A DNA stretch of 64,000 nucleotides from Pseudomonadota bacterium (GTDB lineage: Bacteria > Pseudomonadota > Gammaproteobacteria > JBCCGL01): NCBI GenBank assembly GCA_039029275.1, contig JBCCGL010000007.1, positions 213,428-277,427 on the forward strand, in the 5' to 3' direction. Both the position numbers and the translations under genes were made by a program. The stretch's first letter is position 1. The number at the start of each line of letters is the position of its first letter. The notes under the pieces were generated by a model. That model saw only the letters and a list, made by a program, of their open reading frames with translations. It was not told the DNA's origin and ran no database searches. This document shows positions 21,208-35,878 of the stretch, one piece after another.

Positions 21208-21570
21208 ATGACTTTTTGGATTCTTGCAGCTCTCTGCCTGTATTTTGTTCAAACCCTTTTACCAGTAACGTTTAGGTATCGCGGCAGTCCAGCGTCGATG
21301 GGAACTCGCGATACCATGCCCGAGGCTACAGATCTGGTTCGACGGGCTGAGCGCGCACTCATCAACGTTGGGGAGGCGATGCTCGTGTTTCTACCACTCG
21401 CTCTTCTAACTCTCGACTCTGAACCGGCAGAGTTAGGTGCGAGCATCTTTTTCTTTGCGCGGGTCGCGCATGTGATTTTGTACCTCGCTGGAGTGTCGTA
21501 CGTTCGAACTGTGGTATGGGTAATTAGCCTCGCAGGCCTGGTCATGATGGCGACCCACGTTGCGGTGTAA
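21208..21570 (+). CDS. MAPEG-family membrane protein
   Basis: 120 aa, three to four predicted TM helices, MAPEG-like. Confidence 0.7.
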   Translation: MTFWILAALCLYFVQTLLPVTFRYRGSPASMGTRDTMPEATDLVRRAERALINVGEAMLVFLPLALLTLDSEPAELGASIFFFARVAHVILYLAGVSYVRTVVWVISLAGLVMMATHVAV

Positions 21571-22202
21571 ACCCTTACTTTTCAACCATTAGTGTGAATC
21601 CGTGCCGTCAATTGATCCCTACAAGGAGATGAATCAAAACAGTATTCACTAAGGACTAAACACGCAAGCTCTTAGCGCGTTGTAAATGGCATTAGTGTTA
21701 AAAACGTCAGATGGGTATAGTTGAAAGCGCGTGACCCGTGACGCATGAAACCTACTTATTTGCTATACGGAAACCATCAAATATTTACACGATTGAATGC
21801 GTGTGTTTAACCTAGACAGACGAAGTACATTGATCGGATTTGGAAAAAAAAGACCGGAGTGAAAGGAACTGACCTCGGATCATCTATGCCCATATGCGTG
21901 GTAAAACGAAAACATGCCACAGGAACGATCGGAGCAGATCGATTACCTGTGCTACAAAATTCTCATTTATACAAAATCAAACACCAACGCTTTGCTTGGC
22001 TAGTTTGGAAAATAGCAATTCACTATATTGCCAATGTAAAAATCTTTTTGCGAGCCTCGCGGATTTTGCGCGCTACTCAGGCAAGAATTTAAAAAGTGGG
22101 CAATAGTAGCGGCGATCGTTCCCGCAATAGTCCTTTGCGGGTTGTCACTAGATAACATTCTACTTGAATAAAGAATTTTAATTTATTGTTTTATTGAGGG
22201 AA

Positions 22203-22280
<78 letters not shown>

Positions 22281-22322
22281 TTTGGAGGTGTGAAGAATAC
22301 AGTAAGCTACCAAGATGGTCGA

Positions 22323-22679
22323 CTAGTGTTTCAGGATTTTCAGGACTTCTTCGAGTTCGCTGCGCAGTTGTTTAACAATCTGCTGCGATTGCGTAGTGTC
22401 TTCTTTGGCTTCTTCGCCGGATAATTTTTGACGGGCACCGCCGATTGTATAGCCGTCGTCATACAGCAAACCGCGAATTTGGCGAATAAGCATGACGTCG
22501 TGACGTTGGTAGTAACGGCGATTGCCACGCCGTTTAACTGGCTTCAGATCCGGAAACTCTTGTTCCCAGTATCGAAGAACGTGCGGTTTTACCTCGCACA
22601 GCTCGCTGACTTCACCGATGGTGAAGTAACGTTTGTTCGGAATCGGTACTAATTCTTTGTTATTGCTGATTTCCAGCAT
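22323..22679 (-). CDS. MerR-family transcriptional regulator (the conserved ihfA-adjacent regulator)
   Basis: [28 protein letters not shown]. Confidence 0.85.
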   Translation of the reverse strand: MLEISNNKELVPIPNKRYFTIGEVSELCEVKPHVLRYWEQEFPDLKPVKRRGNRRYYQRHDVMLIRQIRGLLYDDGYTIGGARQKLSGEEAKEDTTQSQQIVKQLRSELEEVLKILKH

Positions 22680-22959
22680 ACGCTTCGACTCGCGCTTTCA
22701 ATTTTTGCCCAGGTCTAAAAGTTACGACTCGTCGTGCCGTGATCGGGATTTCCTCGCCAGTTTTTGGGTTGCGTCCGGGTCGTTCGTTTTTTGATCGAAG
22801 AATGAAATTGCCAAAACCGGACAGTTTTACGTCGCTGCCCTGTTCCAGCGCCAGTCGCACTTCTTCAAAAAACATCTCAACCAGTTCTTTTGCTTCTCGC
22901 TTGTTCAATCCAAGCTCTTCGAAAAGCAAATCTGCCATATCAGCCTTAGTAAGCGCCAT
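22660..22959 (-). CDS. ihfA: Integration host factor alpha subunit
   Basis: 99 aa, [26 protein letters not shown]. Confidence 0.95.
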   Translation of the reverse strand: MALTKADMADLLFEELGLNKREAKELVEMFFEEVRLALEQGSDVKLSGFGNFILRSKNERPGRNPKTGEEIPITARRVVTFRPGQKLKARVEAYAGNQQ

Positions 22960-22961
22960 AC

Positions 22962-25334
22962 TTACTCCCTCAAAGTTGCGCCCAACTTTTGCTCTAAAGC
23001 AGCAAGAACCCCAGAAACTGTTTTGTCGATGTCCACCTCGGTAAGAGTGCGCGAAAAATCCTGTAAAATCAAGCCTAAAGCGAGACTTTTTCGACCGGGT
23101 ATCACGCCTTTTCCCGCATAAACATCAAACGCAATCACATCTTTGAGATATTTGGGCGATTCGTTATCGATGCACGCTAACACGTTGTTTAGCGTCACTT
23201 CTTCGTGTACTACTATAGCAATATCTCGGCGGATTGACGGAAATCTGGAGAAATCTTGAAAATTGGGCAAGCGACGCTTGTCCAGTGCCTCTAAATCAAC
23301 CTCGAACAGATAAACTGGCTGGCCGATTGAAAGGCTGTTTTGAACGCGCGGGTGGAGTTTTCCAATCCATCCGATTGGCTGCTCACCAGCATGAATTCGT
23401 GCGGATTGACCCGGATGAAGCGCGGGATGGGTGTCTTTGACGACGCTGACGGTGACGCCATTCGCCTGATCAAACAAGGCCACTAAATCGCCTTTGACAT
23501 CGAAGAAGTCCAGTTCTCGGGCAGGGTCCGACCAATGTTCCTCGACCACGTTACCACTAACAAGGCCTGACAGTACCGGCAGTTGGCGCAGTTCCGAATC
23601 TATGGTGACAAACTTGAGGCCCGACTCAAACAAACGCACGTCTGTTTGCTTGTGGCTAAGATTTCGCTGTAGCGCGCCGAGCAAACCCGTCCAGATAGAG
23701 GTGCGCATAACGGACAAATCGCTCGATATCGGATTCGCGAGCGGTAACTCAGGGTCGCCCGGGTTAATCTGAGCCTGCGCAGTGGCATCAACGAAGCTGT
23801 ACGTGACGGCTTCTTGGTAGCCTCGTTCGACTAAAACGAGCTTCAGGCGATCAATGAGAACGCTGGTCTCACTGCGTGGCTTCATGTCCGGAAGTAAACC
23901 TGGGTGAGTTCGTGGGATACGGTCGTAGCCGTAAACACGCGCAATCTCTTCGACCAGGTCTTCCTCGATTGAAATATCCGGGCGATAACTGGGTACATCA
24001 ACACGCCAGCCGTCATCATGCTCCTCGAGGCCTAAACCCAGCGACGACAGGACCCGAACAATGTCTTCATTTGCGAGCTCTACCCCAAGCAGCGCCTGAA
24101 TTCGACCGCGCGACAAATGTAATGAGGTCGGCTGATAGTCCATACTCGCATCAATCACTTCCACAATCGGGCCGGGCTGGCCGCCGCAAATATCAATCAA
24201 TAAGCGTGCGGCGCGTTCCTGCGCCAGGCGTTGCAGAGTCGGATCGACCGTGCGCTCAAAACGCTGTGCCGCTTCACTGTGTGCGCTGTATTGACGCGGG
24301 CGACCGGCGATTTTTTTCGGGTCAAACATCGCCGCCTCGAAAAGAATATTGGTTGTTTTATCGGTTACGCCGCTTGTCTCCCCGCCCATAATACCGGCAA
24401 TGGCGACAGCGCCTTTTTCGTCGCTGATGACGAGAGTGTTTTCATCAAGCTCCACCGTGCGGCCGTCAAGAAGAAGCAATTCCTCCTCAGCCTTCGCGTT
24501 TCGGACGGTAATTTTTGAGTCGAGCTTGTCCAAATCAAAACCGTGCATCGGCTGGCCGAGCTCCAGCATCACGTAGTTGGTGATATCAACCACGGGAGAA
24601 ATAGGCCGCACACCGCAGCGAAGCAGCTTTTGTTGCATCCACATCGGCGTATTGGCCGTCGGATCAATTCCGCGAATAATTCTCCCGGTAAACCGTGGAC
24701 AACCCACCTCATCGCGGATCTTTACGGGAAACGTGTCGTCTATGTCAGGCTCAACCTCTGGAATATCGAGTTGATTGATCGCTCGTTCGTTGCGTGCGGC
24801 GACATCGCGGGCGATACCGCGAATGCTCAAGCAGTCGCCACGATTTGGGGTCAGATCTATATCGATGACCGTGTCTTCGAGCCCAAGCGCGTTGTTTAAA
24901 GAAGTGCCGGGTTCAAAACTTGCAGGCATTTCGTGTAACCCAGAGGCATCGTCTGACAGCCCCAATTCTTTTGCCGAACACAACATGCCCGACGACTCAA
25001 CACCGCGAAGTTTCGCGTTTTCAATTTTGAGATCGCCAGGTAACGTTGCACCGACCTTGGCAACGGGCACTGTAATCCCCTCGCGCGCATTGGGCGCCCC
25101 GCAAACAATTTGTAGTGATTCACTTTCACCTGCATTGACTCGGCAGACACGAAGCTTGTCGGCGTTCGGATGTTGCTCAACAGATTCAATCGTCCCAACG
25201 ACGATGTTATCGTCCAGCATCATCGACTCTGCGCTGTCAACTTCGAGACCAAGCATCGTTAACTGATCGGTCAGGGTTTCGGTGTCGATTTCCAGGTCAA
25301 CCCATTCGCGCAGCCATTTTTCACTGAATTTCAT
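22962..25334 (-). CDS. pheT: Phenylalanine--tRNA ligase beta subunit
   Basis: 790 aa, downstream of pheS. Confidence 0.97.
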   Translation of the reverse strand: MKFSEKWLREWVDLEIDTETLTDQLTMLGLEVDSAESMMLDDNIVVGTIESVEQHPNADKLRVCRVNAGESESLQIVCGAPNAREGITVPVAKVGATLPGDLKIENAKLRGVESSGMLCSAKELGLSDDASGLHEMPASFEPGTSLNNALGLEDTVIDIDLTPNRGDCLSIRGIARDVAARNERAINQLDIPEVEPDIDDTFPVKIRDEVGCPRFTGRIIRGIDPTANTPMWMQQKLLRCGVRPISPVVDITNYVMLELGQPMHGFDLDKLDSKITVRNAKAEEELLLLDGRTVELDENTLVISDEKGAVAIAGIMGGETSGVTDKTTNILFEAAMFDPKKIAGRPRQYSAHSEAAQRFERTVDPTLQRLAQERAARLLIDICGGQPGPIVEVIDASMDYQPTSLHLSRGRIQALLGVELANEDIVRVLSSLGLGLEEHDDGWRVDVPSYRPDISIEEDLVEEIARVYGYDRIPRTHPGLLPDMKPRSETSVLIDRLKLVLVERGYQEAVTYSFVDATAQAQINPGDPELPLANPISSDLSVMRTSIWTGLLGALQRNLSHKQTDVRLFESGLKFVTIDSELRQLPVLSGLVSGNVVEEHWSDPARELDFFDVKGDLVALFDQANGVTVSVVKDTHPALHPGQSARIHAGEQPIGWIGKLHPRVQNSLSIGQPVYLFEVDLEALDKRRLPNFQDFSRFPSIRRDIAIVVHEEVTLNNVLACIDNESPKYLKDVIAFDVYAGKGVIPGRKSLALGLILQDFSRTLTEVDIDKTVSGVLAALEQKLGATLRE

Positions 25335-25352
25335 TGTTCTTGTCCTTTTCGA

Positions 25353-26441
<1,089 letters not shown>

Positions 26442-26801
26442 CTACTCTGCCAGGTTGGCTTTAGCTTGCTCTGCCAGCTTGGTAAACGCAGGCATATCGT
26501 CTACTGCTAGACCTGCGAGCACTTTCCGATCGATTTCAATGCCGGCACGGCTTAAGCCGTTCATCATACGGCTATAAGACAGCCCACACATACGCGCCCC
26601 GGCGTTGATTCGCGCAATCCAAAGCGCGCGAAACTGGCGTTTTTTCTGACGGCGATCGCGATACGCGTATTGACCGGCTTTGGTCACCGCCTGCTTGGCA
26701 ACGCGAAAAACCTTGCTGCGCGCACCAGAATAGCCTTTGGCTTTTTTTAGAACTTTTTTGTGACGTGCCCGTGCGGTAACACCACGTTTTACTCTTGGCA
26801 T
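26442..26801 (-). CDS. rplT: 50S ribosomal protein L20
   Basis: 119 aa. Confidence 0.97.
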   Translation of the reverse strand: MPRVKRGVTARARHKKVLKKAKGYSGARSKVFRVAKQAVTKAGQYAYRDRRQKKRQFRALWIARINAGARMCGLSYSRMMNGLSRAGIEIDRKVLAGLAVDDMPAFTKLAEQAKANLAE

Positions 26802-26815
26802 GGCTGTACTCCCGC

Positions 26816-27013
26816 TTAGGTGTTGGGCAACATCTGACGAACGAGGCCGACGTCAGATTCATGAACCATAGAAGCTGAACGCAAGTGACGTTTGCGCTTG
26901 CTGCTTTTCTTGGTGAGGATGTGTCGCAGGTGCGACTGCTTTCGTTTAAAGCCGCCACCGCCGGTTTTCTTGAACCGTTTAGCGGCGCCTTTGTTGTTCT
27001 TCAACTTCGGCAC
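26816..27013 (-). CDS. rpmI: 50S ribosomal protein L35
   Basis: 65 aa. Confidence 0.95.
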   Translation of the reverse strand: MPKLKNNKGAAKRFKKTGGGGFKRKQSHLRHILTKKSSKRKRHLRSASMVHESDVGLVRQMLPNT

Positions 27014-27135
27014 TTTCGTGACTCCCGTTCTAATAACTTAAATTAAAGCCCGATCAGTCGGAGTATGTACTGAGCCGGACAACGTTTGCGCTGTGCGCTA
27101 GAACCCCCTCTTTGTGGGGGGCTTTAACATCGAAG

Positions 27136-27654
27136 CTATTGTTTCTTCGGTGCCAATACCATCACCATCTGGCGGCCTTCGAATTTGGGAAACTGTTCCA
27201 CAGCCCCGTATTCCGCCAGATCGGCCTCAACCCTTTTTAATAACTGCCCACCTAATTCCTGATGCGCCATTTCCCGACCGCGAAACCGCAGTGTTACTTT
27301 TGTTTTGTCACCTTGTTCAAGAAATTTGACTAGTTTTTTCAGCTTGACCTGATAGTCGCCTTCTTCAGTCCCGGGTCGGAATTTGATTTCCTTGATTTGA
27401 ACTTGTTTTTGCTTCTTTTTAGCTGTGTGTTGTTTTTTGCTCTGTTCAAACTTGAAGCGACCGTGATCCATAATCCGGCAAACGGGTGGATCAGAGTTGG
27501 GCACAATTTCAACCAGGTCCAGTCCGATTTCGCCCGCCTTATCGAGCGCTTGCTGAATCGACACGACGCCGACCTGTTCCCCGTTTTCATCGATCAAACG
27601 GACGTCAGAGACGTCGATTTCGTCGTTTTTTCGATGCGTTTTTGCTGCGGCGAT
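27136..27654 (-). CDS. infC: Translation initiation factor IF-3. Non-AUG start: in-frame AUC at 27654 just after the thrS stop, or GUG at 27684 inside thrS
   Basis: Conserved body [22 protein letters not shown]...[17 protein letters not shown]. The 228-aa ORF is an upstream in-frame extension into thrS. Confidence 0.85.
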   Translation of the reverse strand: MAAAKTHRKNDEIDVSDVRLIDENGEQVGVVSIQQALDKAGEIGLDLVEIVPNSDPPVCRIMDHGRFKFEQSKKQHTAKKKQKQVQIKEIKFRPGTEEGDYQVKLKKLVKFLEQGDKTKVTLRFRGREMAHQELGGQLLKRVEADLAEYGAVEQFPKFEGRQMVMVLAPKKQ

Positions 27655-27658
27655 GTTG

Positions 27659-29587
27659 TTAGCCCTCCAAACCGTTAGCCCCACGAGAGGCGATCTCGTC
27701 GGATATCTTTCGGGCAAAGTCTGCAACCGGCATGCTGCCCAAGTCTTCTCCGGATTGCGTTCTAACAGCAACGGCCCCGGACTCGAGTTCCTTGTCGCCG
27801 ACAACCAGCAGGTAAGGAACACGTTTCAAAGTGTAATCGCGTATTTTAAATCCGATTTTTTCGTTTCTCAAGTCAACAATGGCGCGAATTCCCCGATTCT
27901 TAAGCTCCTTTGTAATCTCTGACGCACCATCTGACTGCTTGTCAGTGATGGTGAGCACCGCAGCCTGAACAGGTGAAAGCCACACAGGAAACTTCCCTTC
28001 GTAGTGCTCAACCAATATACCGAAGAAACGTTCTAAAGAGCCGAACAACGCGCGATGTAACATAACGGGCCGAACGCGTTCTCCTTCTTCGTCGACATAC
28101 GAGATGTCGAAACGTTCTGGCAAGTTCATGTCGACCTGCAAAGTGCCACACTGCCAATCTCGTCCTATAGCGTCTCGCAGAACAAATTCTAGCTTAGGCC
28201 CATAGAACGCGCCTTCGCCTGGGAAGAGCGTGTATTCGCGGCCTGTGCTTTCAAGGGCGCCCTTTAACGCTCCCTCCAGTTTGTCCCAGATCTCGTCGGA
28301 ACCAATCCGGTTTGCGGGGCGATCGGAAAACTTAATCACTACATCGCCAAAGCCGAAATCCTTATAAATGTCGAGGATGAGTTCGATTACATCAACGCAC
28401 TCCTGTTCCATCTGTTCTTCAGTGCAGTAGATATGTGCGTCATCCTGCGTAAAGTGGCGAACGCGCATCAGACCATGCAAGGCCCCGGAAGGCTCGTAAC
28501 GATGTACTTTGCCAAATTCGGCCATCCGCAGCGGTAGATCGCGATAGCTTTTCAACCCTTGTGCGAACATCATAACCGACCCAGGGCAGTTCATCGGTTT
28601 TAACGCGAAAACACGCTCATCTTCAGTTGTAGTGGTGAACATGTTCTCGCGGTAGTTGTCCCAGTGGCCTGAAGTTTCCCAAAGACTGCGATCCATCACG
28701 TCAGGTGTATTCACTTCAACATAACCTGCGTCATCCTGGCGGGCACGCATGTACTCAAGCAGCTTGTTAAAAACTGTCCAACCTTTTGGATGCCAGAAAA
28801 CTGAACCCGGCGCTTCTTCATGCAAATGAAACAGGTCGAGGTGCTTGCCTATTTTTCGATGGTCGCGTTTTTCGGCTTCTTCGAGCTGGTGAAGATATTG
28901 CTTAAGCTGCTTTTTGTCCGGCCATGCAGTGCCGTAAATTCGTTGCAGCATTTCGTTGTTTGAGTCGCCACGCCAGTAGGCCCCGGCAACCTTCATCAAT
29001 TTAAACGCCTTCAGATGACCGGTACTGGGCACGTGTGTGCCACGGCAAAGATCGATAAAGTCATCCTGGCGGTACAGCGACAAGGTTTCATCGGTCGGGA
29101 TGGATTCAATGATTTCGGCCTTGTACTCCTCACCCATCTCTTTAAAGAACGCAACGGCATCCTCGCGCTCCATTTCCGATCGCTCGATGGTGTAGTCTGC
29201 TTTGCTGAGTTCGCCCATGCGTTCTTCAATCGCCTCGAGATCCTCCGGCGTGAATGCTCGTTCGAACGCGAAGTCGTAGTAGAACCCATTTTCGATAACC
29301 GGCCCGATTGTAACCTGCGCGGAGGGATACAACTGTTTTACCGCCTGAGCCATCAAATGCGCGCAGGAATGACGAATGATGTAAATGCCTTCGTCGTCAC
29401 GCGGCGTGAGAATACTGATGTCTGAGTCATCCTTAACGACGTACGACGTATCGACTGGATTGCCGTTGACCTTGCCTCCCACAGCGGCTTTAGCCAAACC
29501 GGGGCCAATGTCAGTCGCGATTTCGTGAATAGAAACGGGGTTGTCGAACGAACGTTTGCTGCCGTCTGGCAAGGTAATGAATGGCAT
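27659..29587 (-). CDS. thrS: Threonine--tRNA ligase
   Basis: 642 aa, TGS and class II core. Confidence 0.97.
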   Translation of the reverse strand: MPFITLPDGSKRSFDNPVSIHEIATDIGPGLAKAAVGGKVNGNPVDTSYVVKDDSDISILTPRDDEGIYIIRHSCAHLMAQAVKQLYPSAQVTIGPVIENGFYYDFAFERAFTPEDLEAIEERMGELSKADYTIERSEMEREDAVAFFKEMGEEYKAEIIESIPTDETLSLYRQDDFIDLCRGTHVPSTGHLKAFKLMKVAGAYWRGDSNNEMLQRIYGTAWPDKKQLKQYLHQLEEAEKRDHRKIGKHLDLFHLHEEAPGSVFWHPKGWTVFNKLLEYMRARQDDAGYVEVNTPDVMDRSLWETSGHWDNYRENMFTTTTEDERVFALKPMNCPGSVMMFAQGLKSYRDLPLRMAEFGKVHRYEPSGALHGLMRVRHFTQDDAHIYCTEEQMEQECVDVIELILDIYKDFGFGDVVIKFSDRPANRIGSDEIWDKLEGALKGALESTGREYTLFPGEGAFYGPKLEFVLRDAIGRDWQCGTLQVDMNLPERFDISYVDEEGERVRPVMLHRALFGSLERFFGILVEHYEGKFPVWLSPVQAAVLTITDKQSDGASEITKELKNRGIRAIVDLRNEKIGFKIRDYTLKRVPYLLVVGDKELESGAVAVRTQSGEDLGSMPVADFARKISDEIASRGANGLEG

Positions 29588-29748
29588 AAGGCTCTCGCGT
29601 CAGTGGTGACCCCCACAAAAGGTCACGTGAGCTAAGTGTTAAAGCGAAAAAACGAATATAAAAATCGCACTCGACTCGTCCCTTTACAGGCGGGGTGCGA
29701 GCCAGCACGCGAATTATAGTGTCGCAAGTGCGGATATCAAGAGCGGAT

Positions 29749-29825
<77 letters not shown>

Positions 29826-29911
29826 ATCGAGGGGCGCAGATTATAACGGCGGCTTTCACTACGTCAACACAAACGACAGTACCTGACGGGGAATGTGAGC
29901 GCGCTGTATAA

Positions 29912-31910
<1,999 letters not shown>

Positions 31911-31911
<1 letters not shown>

Positions 31912-32678
31912 TAAGCTTCACCCGAGCGATTTAAAGCCGCTTCTACCATCGCAATGTCGTTCTCAGTATTGACGTCTTGCCCAGGAATCTCCCGAGCGAC
32001 ATCTACATAAATTTTGTAGCCGTTCCAAAGCGCTCTTAGCTGTTCAAGTTTTTCAATTTCTTCAAGAGGACTAATGGGAAGATTTGGGTACGATTTAAGA
32101 AACCCAACCCGATACGCGTACAGCCCGATGTGTTTGTAAGCAAAGGCGCGAACATCTGATGCAGCTGAATCTCTGTCGTGCGGTATTGCTGCGCGGCTGA
32201 AGTAATGTGCAAATCCTTTTCGATCACTGACCACTTTGACGACCGCCGGATCGTTTACAAGTTCAGCATCTTTTAGTGCAGTGCACAGCGTCGAGATACT
32301 GGCTTCTGAAAATTTGTTTAAATTACTCGCGACCTGATTGATCAAAACAGGGCTAATCAGTGGTTCATCCCCCTGAACATTCACGACAATTTCCTCGTCT
32401 AACCAATCCAATTTTTCAACGACTTCGCTGATGCGATCAGTGCCACTTACGTGTTCTGAAGATGTCATACAAACTGACGCGCCAAACCCTGATGCGCATT
32501 CGGCAATTCTCTTGTCATCTGTCGCGATAACGGTTTCGCTCGAACCGGATTGCGCTGCGCGTTCATATACATGCTGAATCATCGGCTTACCTGCCAGTTC
32601 AAGCAAAGGCTTACCCGGCAATCGATGTGAGTTGTACCTTGCCGGAATAACAACTTTAAAAAAGCACGTTTGTGTCAT
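31911..32678 (-). CDS. kdsB: 3-deoxy-manno-octulosonate cytidylyltransferase
   Basis: 255 aa, VVIPARYNSHRLPGKPL. Confidence 0.95.
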
Positions 32679-33673
32679 ACGTCAGTGGACTGCGCGTTGT
32701 TTAATGATTTGATTCTGTCCAATAGTCTTTGGGAAAAGTCCGAGTGAAACTCAACGCCAACTTGCATTACCCAAGCGTTGCTAATATTGAAATAAGTTAT
32801 TTTCACTGCGTCTTTCTCTGTCATTACAATCGGAATCGAATCGCCAAATGCCAAATCACTTTTACTAAAAAAATAGTGATCCGGGAAGGCGTGCTCAATT
32901 ACCTTGATATCATACTTTCGCAGAGAGTCAAAAAAGCTTTGAGGTCGGGCAATGGCGGCGACCGCGTGAATTTCTGAACCGGAGAATGCGTTGAGGTCGA
33001 GTGTTATGGCATTGTCGCTAGTCGATACAAACCTCAATGGCTTTAAGGAAAAACTATCGTTTGTGTAGGAAGATTTGTTTTTCGAAATAACAAAGTCCAC
33101 AGACTTCAATCGTGAAGCTGGTTCACGCAAAGGGCCTGCAGGATGAAGCAACCGGTTGCCCAATTCACACTCTCCGTCGATGGTCGCTATTTCAATATCT
33201 CGCGCCATTGGGTAGTGCTGCAACCCGTCATCGCTCAGGACAATGTTGCACGGTGTTTTTTCCTGGATAAATTGAATGGCAGCCGGTCGGTTTTTGTCAA
33301 CCACGACCGAGACCCCGGTTTTCAAGAAGTGCAAATACGGTTCATCCCCAACTTGTGCCACGTCGGTCTTTTCGGTAATCAGAGTCGGGGTGCTGCACGC
33401 TGTACCTCCGAATCCTCTTGACACAATTCCCGGTCGATAACCGTGTTTCAACAACAACAGAGCGAGTGCCGAGACAGTTGGCGATTTACCGGTTCCTCCC
33501 GCTGTAATATTGCCAATTACTACTACTGGAATGGTTGATTTTTTCGAATTGAAAAATCCGACCTTGTAACAAACTCGTCTAACATATACCAAAAGTCTGA
33601 AAACCAGCGAAGGAAGTAATAGAAGCGCACTTACCCACGTAAATGTTCGCCAATGTTGCTCAAGCGTGGTCAT
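32675..33673 (-). CDS. lpxK: Tetraacyldisaccharide 4'-kinase
   Basis: 332 aa, GNITAGGTGKSP P-loop. Confidence 0.92.
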   Translation of the reverse strand: MTTLEQHWRTFTWVSALLLLPSLVFRLLVYVRRVCYKVGFFNSKKSTIPVVVIGNITAGGTGKSPTVSALALLLLKHGYRPGIVSRGFGGTACSTPTLITEKTDVAQVGDEPYLHFLKTGVSVVVDKNRPAAIQFIQEKTPCNIVLSDDGLQHYPMARDIEIATIDGECELGNRLLHPAGPLREPASRLKSVDFVISKNKSSYTNDSFSLKPLRFVSTSDNAITLDLNAFSGSEIHAVAAIARPQSFFDSLRKYDIKVIEHAFPDHYFFSKSDLAFGDSIPIVMTEKDAVKITYFNISNAWVMQVGVEFHSDFSQRLLDRIKSLNNAQSTDV

Positions 33674-35456
33674 TCGACTCAGTAGCAGTTTCCTTAAATT
33701 GCATCGCGTGCAAATTGGCGTAGTGACCGCCTGCCTTGAGTAATTCCTTGTGCGAACCCTGTTCGACTATTTCGCCCTGATGCATAACTACAATCTTATC
33801 TGCATGCTCGATCGTTGACAGTCTGTGTGCCACAACCAGCGTTGTGCGACCCTCTAGCAATCTCTCTAACCCTCGTTGCACCATCCGCTCAGATTCTGTG
33901 TCGAGCGCCGAGGTCGCCTCGTCCAAAATCAAAAGAGGCGCATTTTTCAAAAGAGCCCGGGCTATAGCGAGCCGCTGGCGCTGACCGCCTGATAACAACA
34001 CGCCGTTTTCTCCAACCATAGTGTCGTAGCCATTTGACAGCTTCTCGATAAATGTTGCCGCGTGCGCGAGAGTGGCAGCTCCCCTGACGTCATCCTGGGT
34101 ATGGGAATGGAGGCTTCCGTACGCAATGTTGTGAGAAATCGTGTCGTTAAAAAGCGTCACTTGTTGCCCAACATAAGCGATGTTGGCACGCATGTTCTCT
34201 AAACTTATGCTTTCGATGTTTTTTCCATTAATCGATATTGATCCGCTACACGCAGAGTTATCGCCTAACTGGTACATCCGAGCCAGCAAATTTGCCAGAG
34301 TGGTCTTGCCACTACCTGATTTTCCCACCAGCGCCACGGTTTCACCTGATTTTATTGTGAGTGAAACATTGCGTAAAACAGGGTCAGCTTCCTCCGCATA
34401 AGCAAAAGACACATTATCAAAATCGATTGAAGAGATGGGTAGGTCAATTTTGGTATCACCGCGATCAGATTCGGACGGTGTATCCAACAAGCTGAAAATT
34501 GAAATACTCGCTGCTATGCCTTGTTGTAGCTTTTCGTTAACGTTGGTGAGCTGTTTGATCGGAGCGAACAACATCATCATCGCTGTAATAAAGGACACGA
34601 ATTGACCCGGAGTGATGGGGTTTATCCAGTCGCTCTGAGTGCACACGTAGACGATCCCTGCCATAAATATCGCGATAATAAACTGCATAATCGGCACACT
34701 CGAGGCGCGCGTTGCAGTCATTTTCAAGCGCTGTTTTCGATTGCGTTCATTCGTATCTTCAAATTGTGCCTGCTCGTAGTTTTGCCCTCCATAAATTTTG
34801 ATTTCACGGTGACTCTCTACCGCTTCTTCAATTATGTGGCTGACTTTCCCCATCGATGCTTGAAGCTTCTTACTGATTCTTCGGAAACGCTTACTCACGT
34901 AGTAAACAATGCTTGCAACAATTGGGGCCAACACCAGGAGACTGATTGACAGTTGCCAGCTGTGATAAAACATCAACCCAAGTAGACCAAAGACGGCAAT
35001 ACTGTCGCGAATTAACACGGTGATTGCATTACTCGCAGCTTTAGAGACTTGCTGAGTATTGTAGGAAACCAGTGAAATCATCTCGCCAGAGGATGAATGA
35101 TCGTAGTGCGTAGAGGGTAGTTGCAAATACTTGCTAAAAACCTCGGAGCGCAGCTTGTTGACAACTTGACCTCCAATGTATGCCATGTAATACATTGACA
35201 AAAAGCTGCCAAGGCCGCGGAAAAAGAAAATCACCAGGATACTGAGTGGCGCATAGATCGCAGCGTTGGATGTGCGGTCGGAGAACCCGCTGTCCAATAG
35301 AGGTTCCAGCCACGCGGCAAAGGCCGCAAAGGTCAAGCCGTAGAGTACCATTCCGACGACAGCGACTGTGAACTGGTATTTATACGGGAAAACGTAGCGA
35401 AGGAGTCTGCGATAGGCGAGCAGCCCTTCCTTGTCGTCCGCGTTGGGAGTCGACAC
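33660..35456 (-). CDS. msbA: Lipid A export ABC transporter MsbA (permease/ATPase)
   Basis: 598 aa. TMD plus Walker A GKSGSGKTT, LSGGQRQR signature. Adjacent to lpxK. Confidence 0.93.
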   Translation of the reverse strand: MSTPNADDKEGLLAYRRLLRYVFPYKYQFTVAVVGMVLYGLTFAAFAAWLEPLLDSGFSDRTSNAAIYAPLSILVIFFFRGLGSFLSMYYMAYIGGQVVNKLRSEVFSKYLQLPSTHYDHSSSGEMISLVSYNTQQVSKAASNAITVLIRDSIAVFGLLGLMFYHSWQLSISLLVLAPIVASIVYYVSKRFRRISKKLQASMGKVSHIIEEAVESHREIKIYGGQNYEQAQFEDTNERNRKQRLKMTATRASSVPIMQFIIAIFMAGIVYVCTQSDWINPITPGQFVSFITAMMMLFAPIKQLTNVNEKLQQGIAASISIFSLLDTPSESDRGDTKIDLPISSIDFDNVSFAYAEEADPVLRNVSLTIKSGETVALVGKSGSGKTTLANLLARMYQLGDNSACSGSISINGKNIESISLENMRANIAYVGQQVTLFNDTISHNIAYGSLHSHTQDDVRGAATLAHAATFIEKLSNGYDTMVGENGVLLSGGQRQRLAIARALLKNAPLLILDEATSALDTESERMVQRGLERLLEGRTTLVVAHRLSTIEHADKIVVMHQGEIVEQGSHKELLKAGGHYANLHAMQFKETATESNDHA

Positions 35457-35878
35457 TATTGTTGCTCGTTGATTTGCGATGTCGCTATAGACATTTTAAC
35501 GAGTCCTAGTTGGCCTACAACATCCATCACCGTCACCATCGCTTGCAACGGCGCACGCGAATCGCCACGAATAACGACCGGCCGATCTACCCGGCCTTCC
35601 GTGACCTGAATTAGCGCGGCGCGCAACGTTGCGACATCGCTGTTGAGCAACTCTTGCCCACCGACGAAATACGAACCAACCGGGTTAATCACGATTTCGA
35701 TTGGCGTTTCATTTTGATCAATTGTCCTGGTTGTCGATTCTGGCAATTGAACCTGCAACTCAGCTTCTTTTTGAAACGTTGTCGAGACCATAAAAAAGAT
35801 CAGCAGTAAAAAGACCACGTCGATCAGAGGAGTAATATTGACGTCTGCGGAGTCGCGTTCGACAGGGCGGAAATTCAT
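35456..35878 (-). CDS. exbD: ExbD/TolR-family biopolymer transport protein
   Basis: 140 aa, single N-terminal TM. Confidence 0.85.
   Translation of the reverse strand: MNFRPVERDSADVNITPLIDVVFLLLIFFMVSTTFQKEAELQVQLPESTTRTIDQNETPIEIVINPVGSYFVGGQELLNSDVATLRAALIQVTEGRVDRPVVIRGDSRAPLQAMVTVMDVVGQLGLVKMSIATSQINEQQ

Noticed and set aside
21859-22106. Two overlapping 70-77 aa ORFs in the AT-rich spacer
   Set aside because: No SD, mutually overlapping frames, Lys/Ile-rich AT-bias translation. Treated as noncoding
23876-25266. Several 90-170 aa plus-strand ORFs
   Set aside because: Antisense within pheT, produced by high-GC codon bias
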